A stretch of DNA of 60,357 bases. It comes from a virus (Duplodnaviria; Caudoviricetes). Every line of letters starts with the position of its first letter. The stretch's first letter is position 1. A program made the translations under genes and the position numbers. The stretch is taken from positions 1 through 60,357 of IMG/VR virus record IMGVR_UViG_3300044568_001950. One strand, given 5' to 3'. Shown here in pieces: positions 40,862 to 47,396 of the stretch. The notes below the pieces were generated by a model. The model did no database searches. It was not told where the DNA came from and was given only the letters and a program-made list of their open reading frames with translations.

Positions 40862-41016
40862 CAATACCTGCGTGGTTAATTGCGTTTATCGCCGTTCAAT
40901 ATGCGGCAATTGCGTTCTTATTCTATAAAGATGGTCAGCCATGGTTGGCTGTCACTTATTTTGGTTACTTGGTGGGCAACGTCGGATTGACGATGATTGC
41001 CTTGGGTCACAAATAG
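40858..41016 (+). CDS. 52-aa two-TM membrane protein (absent from the ORF track)
   Basis: MTIPAWLIAFIAVQYAAIAFLFYKDGQPWLAVTYFGYLVGNVGLTMIALGHK; ATGA-coupled; stops 5 nt before the repeat array. Confidence 0.65.
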   Translation: MTIPAWLIAFIAVQYAAIAFLFYKDGQPWLAVTYFGYLVGNVGLTMIALGHK

Positions 41017-41021
41017 CTCGA

Positions 41022-41331
41022 GGTATGGCATGCCAAGATAAGGCATGGTCAGGTAGTGTAGGGCGCGGTTCGGTGTGGTTAGGTGCGGTTAGGCTAGGCG
41101 CGGCACGGCTCGGCAATGTTCGGCAGGGCTAGGTTGGGTATGGTGAGAAGTGGTCCGGTATGGTGAGGTATGGGTTTCTTAATGGAGCTTGGTTGGGTTT
41201 GGCAGGATTGGCCCCGGTGAGGTGTGGCTAGGCTTCATTAAGAAGCCCGTAAGGGCTTTATCTGGAAGGGCAGGGCGGGGCATTGTCTGGCTAGGTCCGG
41301 TGCGGTACGGTTCCCCACGTTGGGGGTTTTT
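41022..41331 (+). ncRNA. GGY-NN pentamer array with hairpins; candidate guide RNA(s) for the adjacent Cas7-like protein
   Basis: Three in-phase blocks (41022-41171, 41191-41235, 41264-41313); 40 of 49 pentamers begin GGC/GGT; intergenic; hairpins between and after the blocks. The repeat is certain; the RNA role is inferred. Confidence 0.75.
41312..41331 (+). terminator. Terminator-like hairpin closing the array
   Basis: TCCCCA-CGT-TGGGGG-TTTTT. Confidence 0.55.
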
Positions 41332-41349
41332 CATATAGGAGAAAGTAGA

Positions 41350-41967
41350 ATGGCTAAGTCCAATTTGAAAGTCGTTAGTGATGTAACCAATGGCGGCAAG
41401 AGCGCCATTGAACAGGGTTTCCCTTATGCTGTAGCTGTACGGGCTCAAGGCGCGGCGGATCTGTTGTTCCACCGTTGGAACTGCGAGTCAGTCGATGCGA
41501 AGTCCAAGGCCGCCAAGAACTCAGCGGCCAAGAAGACAGATGACATCGAGTCCTACGTTTGGAGAAACGAAAAAGATGAACTCTGTATCCCAGGGGAGTA
41601 TTTTAGGCAGTCCATTATCCATGCTGCGAAATTTAAGCAAGACCCCCGTTCTCCGCGTAAATCCGCGATGGATCTCTTCAAAGCCGGGGTCGTTTCACTT
41701 ACTCAGTTGGCGTCACTTGGTAGCGATGAGTGGGACTACCTTGACACTCGTCGGGTCACAGTACAGCGAGCCGGAGTTAATCGAACAAGACCTGCCATGC
41801 GCATCGGATGGGAAGTGGATATACAGTTTCAAATACTCACCCCTGAGTATATCGACCCCCACCTTTTTCAAGACGTACTGAACACGGCAGGCCGCCTCGT
41901 AGGCGTTGGAGACTTCCGCCCAACGTACGGACGTTTTAACATCACAAACTTTGAGGTGCTCTCATGA
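41350..41967 (+). CDS. Stand-alone RAMP/Cas7-like RNA-binding protein (205 aa)
   Basis: AGGAG RBS; beta1 YAVAVRAQGAADLLFH, ELCIPGEYFRQSIIHAA (cf. RAMP IPGSSxKGxxR), thumb-like hairpin TRRVTVQRAGVNRTRP, C-terminal Gly loop AGRLVGVGDFRPTYGRF. Confidence 0.75.
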   Translation: MAKSNLKVVSDVTNGGKSAIEQGFPYAVAVRAQGAADLLFHRWNCESVDAKSKAAKNSAAKKTDDIESYVWRNEKDELCIPGEYFRQSIIHAAKFKQDPRSPRKSAMDLFKAGVVSLTQLASLGSDEWDYLDTRRVTVQRAGVNRTRPAMRIGWEVDIQFQILTPEYIDPHLFQDVLNTAGRLVGVGDFRPTYGRFNITNFEVLS

Positions 41968-42386
41968 TTAAAAAGCCTGCCAAGAAAGCGAAAGGTAAGC
42001 CCCTATCCCGTACGGTAAAGCGTACGCAAAAAAGTGCGGTTAAGAAGGCGAAAGGTAAGCCCCTATCCCGTACGGTAAAGCGTACGGTCAAGAAGGAGAA
42101 ACTTACGCCGCTGGCCCAGCTCGTTGCAAAGTGGGACAAGGACCAAGGGCCACTGCCCAGTCTTTACGACACGGCCACCCAGCTTGATGACGTGGTCACC
42201 ACGCTCACCAATATCCAGCACCTGATGGACTCCGCCCTGAATGACTGCGTGGACCTCACCAACAACGACCGCGCGCTTTCCTTACTCTACCTTGCGCACG
42301 GGATGGTTAAGGGAGTGATCGATAAGACCGACCCGCTAATCTCGGACCTTTACCGCATCAACCGGGCCACGTTGGACCTAAAGTAA
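41964..42386 (+). CDS. Protein with duplicated basic N-terminus and helical C-terminus
   Basis: ATGA-coupled to the Cas7-like gene; KKAKGKPLSRTVKRT occurs twice. Confidence 0.65.
   Translation: MIKKPAKKAKGKPLSRTVKRTQKSAVKKAKGKPLSRTVKRTVKKEKLTPLAQLVAKWDKDQGPLPSLYDTATQLDDVVTTLTNIQHLMDSALNDCVDLTNNDRALSLLYLAHGMVKGVIDKTDPLISDLYRINRATLDLK
41988..42086 (+). repeat. 39-bp perfect direct repeat, 60-bp period
   Basis: GCGAAAGGTAAGCCCCTATCCCGTACGGTAAAGCGTACG at 41988 and 42048. Confidence 0.95.
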
Positions 42387-42842
42387 GGATTTTTTCTTAC
42401 GCTTTGGAGCCGGGTGTAATGGCTCCAGGGACATACAGTCGATAGGACCGCCCGTAAGGGGGTCGTAGAGGGACGCAATCTCTATGGCCTCCTTGGGGCT
42501 CTTGCCCAAGTGCAAGGCCGCTATGGCGTATCCTGAGCCAGTCCCGATGGCATAGAAGTCGTTTTTGATCCTCGCAGGGATCAAAGTGCTCTCGTAGACC
42601 CAAATCCCGTCCCGCCGAAGCTCCAACATCTCGATATCACAGTCCTCATCCAACTCGTCGCCCTCTTTGGGGTGCTCGAGCATGCTAAAGGCCCCCAAGA
42701 TATCCTTCCAGTCGCCCGCCGCCCCGTAGATCGATTCTCGGCCCCTACGGAGCTTTTCCACAAAGTACTTGATGTCATCCCCACTGACTTGAGAGTCGGC
42801 GGCAATCTCGAGCGTTGAGAACCTGGCGGCGATCGTGGTCAT
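42378..42842 (-). CDS. HslV/proteasome-beta-like Ntn peptidase
   Basis: MTTI N-terminal Thr, IAADSQ, AIGTGSGYAIAAL, AIEIA..D..TGG. Confidence 0.8.
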   Translation of the reverse strand: MTTIAARFSTLEIAADSQVSGDDIKYFVEKLRRGRESIYGAAGDWKDILGAFSMLEHPKEGDELDEDCDIEMLELRRDGIWVYESTLIPARIKNDFYAIGTGSGYAIAALHLGKSPKEAIEIASLYDPLTGGPIDCMSLEPLHPAPKRKKKSLL

Positions 42843-43222
42843 AGCTCTTCCTTTTGCATGCTCCTGTTGTACGCCCGAATGGCCTGATGTTCGTTGAAAT
42901 GCTCTATCCGATGGCAGTTGGCACACAAGACCTCACACTTCTTGACTTCCTCGTACGCCTGCGAAAAGCAGTTGTCCATCACCAACCGATTCACGTCCTT
43001 CTTGGTCCCGTCCCGCGTGGGGTGGTGGAAGTCAATAATCGCCGGGTGCGACGCACCACAACGCGAACAAACTAGAGTGCTCTTATATTCCAACCACTTG
43101 GCACGGTTCTTTCTGCGTAAAGCATTCACCGCGTCTTGAATGACACGCTTATTGTTCTCGTAGTACTTCTTTCCGTATTCACGGTTCTTAACCCGCCTGA
43201 CCTCAGGATCCTTGTACGGCAT
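42839..43222 (-). CDS. HNH endonuclease
   Basis: CSRCG...IDFHH...KCEVLCANCHRIEH; likely start MPYKDP. Confidence 0.85.
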   Translation of the reverse strand: MPYKDPEVRRVKNREYGKKYYENNKRVIQDAVNALRRKNRAKWLEYKSTLVCSRCGASHPAIIDFHHPTRDGTKKDVNRLVMDNCFSQAYEEVKKCEVLCANCHRIEHFNEHQAIRAYNRSMQKEEL

Positions 43223-43380
43223 GACACTCCCCATTGAATTGGTGTGGGGGACTTGGATAACCCCAATCGTCAAAAAAGGGCGCCCCCACAGGGTTATCGT
43301 ACCCTGAGTGCATGAAACGTCAATGAGTTACCCGTCATACCCATGAGAGGTAACTCGGTGGGTGGTTAGGGGATCAAGTG

Positions 43381-43422
43381 TCGCGGACCATGGACCATGG
43401 ACCACGGGCCAAGATTACGAAG
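43381..43422. repeat. Tandem heptamer run (CCAYGGA-like)
   Basis: TCGCGGA CCATGGA CCATGGA CCACGGG CCAAGAT. Confidence 0.8.
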
Positions 43423-43440
43423 CCACCATACTGTAGGATT

Positions 43441-43675
43441 TCTAGAAATTTTTTTACTACACGTTTTTTTTCAGTCACTTTTAGACGTAATGAACGTAAT
43501 TTTAGCTATAAGTTATTGATTTATATAAGGAATTAGCATTACGTTAAGCATTACGTTAAAGTATTACTTTAAGTCTAGACGTAATGTTATATAGGATTCT
43601 GTAGCTAAAAAGAGACTCTACGTGCCTTACGTCCGGAAAATGTTGGTAAAAATGTGTAGTGAAAAAATTTCTGGA
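43441..43675. other. AT-rich origin/packaging-like element with 28-bp inverted repeats, ACGTAAT iterons and an IHF-consensus site
   Basis: Inverted repeat 43441-43468/43648-43675 (25/28); AGCATTACGTTA x2; AGACGTAATG x2; TAAGTTATTGATT at 43509-43521. Confidence 0.6.
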
Positions 43676-43730
43676 AAAAATAACGTATAGGGCGTGTTGC
43701 TCTGTAAGGGGGCTAAAACCCAGAAATACG

Positions 43731-43759
43731 TTGACAAAATACACCAGTGGAGATAATAT
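43731..43759 (+). promoter_or_regulatory. Sigma70-like promoter
   Basis: TTGACA-17-TAATAT upstream of the Cro-like gene. Confidence 0.65.
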
Positions 43760-43780
43760 AAACAAAGAAGGAGAAAAACC

Positions 43781-44047
43781 ATGACAATGAAGATCATTCC
43801 CGAGATGTACGACCAGCTACCAAGCAATCCGGTGGAGATGCTGGTGATCTCGTTTGGTAGCCAGGAAGACATCGCGGCGTACTGTTCGGTGTCCCCACAG
43901 GCTGTTTGGAACTGGAAGGACCGCAACTCCATCCCTCGAGGGTATGTGAAGGACCTAAGCCGGTTCACAGGCATCCCCCAATGGATGCTCTGCCCCAAGC
44001 ACTTTGATAAACCGGAAGACGAAGGGAGTACGGATGCTGGTGTTTAG
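43781..44047 (+). CDS. Cro/YdaS-like HTH regulator
   Basis: FGSQEDIAAYCSVSPQAVWNWK...IP...LCP. Confidence 0.8.
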   Translation: MTMKIIPEMYDQLPSNPVEMLVISFGSQEDIAAYCSVSPQAVWNWKDRNSIPRGYVKDLSRFTGIPQWMLCPKHFDKPEDEGSTDAGV

Positions 44048-44196
44048 TCTGTTGGCTAAAGCTGTGGAGAAGGTAGAAAGATCGAGAGATGAGTTGCTGG
44101 AAAATAGGTTTGCTCAGAGGGGTTGCTCCAAGACCAACATGGCAGAGCGGCTGGAATTAATGGAGCGGCGCGGTAAAGAGATAAGGAGAAAGATAG

Positions 44197-44904
44197 ATGA
44201 GCAACAAAGACAAGCAGAAGAGTCCTACAGGTCCGCTAACAATCGGTGATGTGCCGAAGAAGCGAGCCGCTAGAGCACAGGCAAGGATCGTTACTTATGG
44301 GGCACCCCTGACGGGTAAGCGTAAGCCCCTGAAACCTCGGGAGGCGAAGTTTGTTGAAATCTATGCTGGTGCTGATGGCACTATAACTCTGACCCAAGCA
44401 GCCCTTGACGCTGGGTATCCGAAGTCCATTGCATCTCGTATTGGCTCGGAGTTGACCACGCCGGAAAAGTATCCCCATGTCGTAGCGGCAATCCAGCGTA
44501 GACAAGCGGAATTAAATGCAAAGCATGGTACGACCTTTGAGCGGCACATGAAGGATTTGCAATTCATCCGGGATAAGGCAATTGAATCCGGGGCATGGGC
44601 GGCGGCGGTCCAAGCCGAATATCGGAGGGGCCAAGCATTGGGTACGATTTATATTGACCGCAAAGAGATCCGGCATGGCTCGATAGATTCGATGAGCAAA
44701 GAGGAAGTGCAGAAGAAGTTGGAAGCTTTGCGTAAGCTATATCAAGGCAGTCCGGAAGTGGTGGATGTGCAGATCACAGAATCGATTGAGATGGAAAAGA
44801 AAGCAGACCATACAGAGGAGTTTTTAAATGACGAAGAAGCCGGAAGCGAGCTTTTATCAGAAGATGAAGAAGGGGATGACGGGGTCGAAGATAACCCGCG
44901 TTGA
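44197..44904 (+). CDS. terS: Terminase small subunit
   Basis: LKPREAKFVEIY...TQAALDAGY...GSEL..P.V HTH pattern; acidic tail. Confidence 0.75.
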   Translation: MSNKDKQKSPTGPLTIGDVPKKRAARAQARIVTYGAPLTGKRKPLKPREAKFVEIYAGADGTITLTQAALDAGYPKSIASRIGSELTTPEKYPHVVAAIQRRQAELNAKHGTTFERHMKDLQFIRDKAIESGAWAAAVQAEYRRGQALGTIYIDRKEIRHGSIDSMSKEEVQKKLEALRKLYQGSPEVVDVQITESIEMEKKADHTEEFLNDEEAGSELLSEDEEGDDGVEDNPR

Positions 44905-45232
44905 ATCTTGGGTGAATCTTGGCATCCCGGATTGTATTGTCGCTTTAAACGATGCGTTTCACTTGGTCGAGTTGAAGGTCGCCGATGCGAAGGGGAAAGT
45001 GAAGGTCAGCCCGCATCAGGTGGCTTTTCACTCCCGGCATAAAGGCTGTCCGGTTTGGCTATTTGTGCAGTACGACAAGGGCCGTAAGGCTAAGCTATTA
45101 ATTTATCCGGCGTGGCAATCGTATGAGGTGGCGAAGATGGGCATCTTTGTCCCGCCCGTCTTGGAACAATCTTATCCATGGGATTGGGAAGGAGTTGAAA
45201 CTTTCTTGAAGAAAGCACTTGACAAGGTGTAG
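44828..45232 (+). CDS. VRR-NUC / Holliday-junction resolvase-like nuclease
   Basis: E...GIPD...LVELKV...SPHQVAFH. Confidence 0.8.
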   Translation: MTKKPEASFYQKMKKGMTGSKITRVESWVNLGIPDCIVALNDAFHLVELKVADAKGKVKVSPHQVAFHSRHKGCPVWLFVQYDKGRKAKLLIYPAWQSYEVAKMGIFVPPVLEQSYPWDWEGVETFLKKALDKV

Positions 45233-45278
45233 AAAATACACAATACTTGTGATTCATACAGAAGAAAGGAAGTGAAAA

Positions 45279-45380
45279 ATGATTGAGGTATTCCGATTAT
45301 TGGGCGATTCCCTTGCGCTGTTGTCTTTGGCAGGCGCGATATATCTACTTGCATCAATCTTTTTGAGGAGCAGAAAATGA
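45279..45380 (+). CDS. 33-aa membrane peptide (absent from the ORF track)
   Basis: MIEVFRLLGDSLALLSLAGAIYLLASIFLRSRK; AAGGA RBS, TTGACA at 45219, ATGA overlap with 45377. Confidence 0.55.
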   Translation: MIEVFRLLGDSLALLSLAGAIYLLASIFLRSRK

Positions 45381-45589
45381 AAAAATATTGTGTGGTGCAG
45401 TATTACCGGGTTGAGTTAGAGGTGGAGGCAGAGAATCAGTACGATGCGTTATGCATGATTACCGATGATGACCGCAATTTCTACACCATAACTGCCAACA
45501 TGGATAACCCCGACAATGAGGTGAAAAATCTTGGTGTGTGGGCGGCAGACATAGATACCGAGGTATACAAGATAGGGGATGAAAAATGA
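45377..45589 (+). CDS. Hypothetical early protein
   Basis: GAGGAG RBS; coupled. Confidence 0.65.
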   Translation: MKKYCVVQYYRVELEVEAENQYDALCMITDDDRNFYTITANMDNPDNEVKNLGVWAADIDTEVYKIGDEK

Positions 45590-45768
45590 CACGCAATGAC
45601 TTTAAATCGCAGTTGGAAATGGTATGGGGAATGCTAGAGGGTTGGCGGGATCATCACCCCGAAGGCACACAGCACAATGACGAGTTTTGGAATGAGGTTT
45701 GCACCGCTATGGCTTGGATCGAAGAGGATTTAGAGGCCGCCTATAACGGCGCAGAAGGGATGGACTAA
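45586..45768 (+). CDS. Hypothetical acidic early protein
   Basis: Coupled, 60 aa. Confidence 0.6.
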   Translation: MTRNDFKSQLEMVWGMLEGWRDHHPEGTQHNDEFWNEVCTAMAWIEEDLEAAYNGAEGMD

Positions 45769-45950
45769 TGAAGCTCGGCGATAAATGGTTGGTGGATTGC
45801 ACCTATGATGAGATTAAGAAGTTTGCCGCTTCGTTTAGGACTGGATATAAATTCAATGACGAGGATTGCGCAGAACTTCGTAAATCCACTTTAATTGACG
45901 AGACACTTGCGGAGGCAGTCGATGATTACATTCGAGCATATGAGGCCTGA
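45768..45950 (+). CDS. Hypothetical early protein
   Basis: TAATG-coupled, 60 aa. Confidence 0.6.
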   Translation: MKLGDKWLVDCTYDEIKKFAASFRTGYKFNDEDCAELRKSTLIDETLAEAVDDYIRAYEA

Positions 45951-46125
45951 GGGTGTGCTTTATTTGCTGGGGCCGGACGACCTCCCGGCTTGCCCTAAGC
46001 ATGGGATCCGGTTGGTGACTGACTTTTTTGTGGCAGAGCATGGCGAAGAGGTGGAGCGGGGCAAGTGCCCGCTATGCAATAAATCGTATTTATTTCAAAT
46101 TGAGGAAGGATTTAAAAATGCCTGA
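45940..46125 (+). CDS. Small zinc-ribbon protein
   Basis: CPKHG...CPLC. Confidence 0.55.
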   Translation: MRPEGVLYLLGPDDLPACPKHGIRLVTDFFVAEHGEEVERGKCPLCNKSYLFQIEEGFKNA

Positions 46126-46384
46126 TGTTCTGATGGTGGAAGGTTGCGCTAAAGCTACGCTGGAGCAAGGCGGGGACGGCGCGTATATTGCGCGGTTCGA
46201 TGAATTATGTGAGTTTGCTGGCTGTCTTGAGCGCAGTAATGACTTTCAATTGCGCGAGATATTGGCCTCTTTAAAGACGGTGCTTGAGTTTGAAATTCCG
46301 AAATACGAGGGCGGCGAATTGCCCGTTGTTTTGGCAGAAGCGCATCATGTTTTTAGGCGGCACCAGCATTTGTTGGAAAAGTGA
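46118..46384 (+). CDS. Hypothetical early protein
   Basis: AAGGA RBS, ATG at 46118. Confidence 0.55.
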   Translation: MPDVLMVEGCAKATLEQGGDGAYIARFDELCEFAGCLERSNDFQLREILASLKTVLEFEIPKYEGGELPVVLAEAHHVFRRHQHLLEK

Positions 46385-46388
46385 ACTT

Positions 46389-46409
46389 ACTGGTCAAAGT
46401 TTGACCAGT
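46389..46409. promoter_or_regulatory. Operator-like palindrome 1
   Basis: ACTGGTCAAA-G-TTTGACCAGT. Confidence 0.6.
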
Positions 46410-46601
46410 TGAAAACGGCAAAAACTGCCTATTTTAAAGGGTTCTTTACAATGAATTAAGCACATTAAAGCGCGGTACAGGATCAGGAAAAACAAGGCCC
46501 CTGCTCTTTTTGGCGTAAACCATTGAAAGTTATAGCTCTTTTTGGCTCGTGGGCCATGGTGCGTGGTTCTAAAATGGCGTGCCCGCGCCCGCGCGGGCTG
46601 C

Positions 46602-46618
46602 TGGTCAATTATTGACCA
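46602..46618. promoter_or_regulatory. Operator-like palindrome 2
   Basis: TGGTCAAT-T-ATTGACCA. Confidence 0.6.
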
Positions 46619-46700
46619 CTAGTTTTTGGTCAAGTATTAAGTGTATTTTTTAAACAAGTGTGCTATAGTGGCGGTTCATACTTAAATACAGGGGTTCACC

Positions 46701-47396
46701 ATGTTAAAAACCGTTGCTGTGTCCAGTAATAAAAAGACGGGGCCGATTGCTGTAACTTATCGGGCCGGGGTCCACGAAACTTATGGCACGTGCCCGAAGA
46801 CGTGCGGATTAAATCCGGCTCCGGATACGGGCGCCGATAAAATCGACCATGAGTATTTGAACGCGCTATTAAAAGCTGTGCCACGTAATGGTGTGGCGTG
46901 GACTTATTCGCATTTTCCGGCGGATCAATTGCCGATGCCTGAAGCTAACCGCACAATAATTAATGCAAGCTGCGACGATATGGACGCGGCAGTAGACGCG
47001 CACAATAAAGGGCGGCCCGCTGTGGTGGCCGCTCCGCTCGGGACCGATTGGTCCGGTGGCCATGAATATCGTGGCGTTAAATTTATTCAATGCCCCGCAG
47101 AACTCGCCGATAATTTCACGTGTATGCAATGCGGAAACGGTAAACCATTATGTGCGCGTGGCGACCGGGACTATATTGTTGTATTCGTGGCGCATGGTAC
47201 GGGGGCCAAGAAAGTTGGCACGTGCGATAAAGGTGGGTGTTACGCGGCCCAAGGACCTACGGCCATACAATGGCATGGCACGCGCAAAAGCGGCGCGGCG
47301 AATGATGCGGAAGCCCTGGTGCAATTTGCAAAAAGCTTGCCGCCGGGATCCATGCTCCGGCACCATGTGGCAGGCGATATTGGGAGGGCCGCGTAA
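46701..47396 (+). CDS. Cys-rich (gp88-like, putative Fe-S) phage protein
   Basis: SSNKKTG, TCPKTC, WTYSH, CPAE..TCMQC, FVAHG, CYA, RHHVAGD. Confidence 0.6.
   Translation: MLKTVAVSSNKKTGPIAVTYRAGVHETYGTCPKTCGLNPAPDTGADKIDHEYLNALLKAVPRNGVAWTYSHFPADQLPMPEANRTIINASCDDMDAAVDAHNKGRPAVVAAPLGTDWSGGHEYRGVKFIQCPAELADNFTCMQCGNGKPLCARGDRDYIVVFVAHGTGAKKVGTCDKGGCYAAQGPTAIQWHGTRKSGAANDAEALVQFAKSLPPGSMLRHHVAGDIGRAA

Noticed and set aside
41022-41331. Canonical CRISPR array, simple microsatellite, or merely a two-tier G-quadruplex tract
   Set aside because: There are no 23-50 bp direct repeats with spacers and the units are not homogenised. G4 formation is possible but does not explain the pyrimidine at position 3, the strict 5-nt phase or the adjacent RAMP-like gene.
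40941-41472. ORFs 40941..41132 (+), 41179..41472 (-) and the TTG extension at 41320
   Set aside because: These are low-complexity translations of the repeat with no RBS. They overlap better-supported genes (40858..41016, and ATG 41350 with AGGAG).
43240-43320. tRNA (stem followed by CCA on the - strand) or hammerhead ribozyme (CTGA...GAAAC)
   Set aside because: No cloverleaf, TTC T-loop or anticodon arm; the hammerhead core CTGANGA and its flanking stems are incomplete.
43781-44047. Lysogeny module
   Set aside because: Only a Cro-like HTH is present; I recognised no integrase, CI-type repressor or partition genes.
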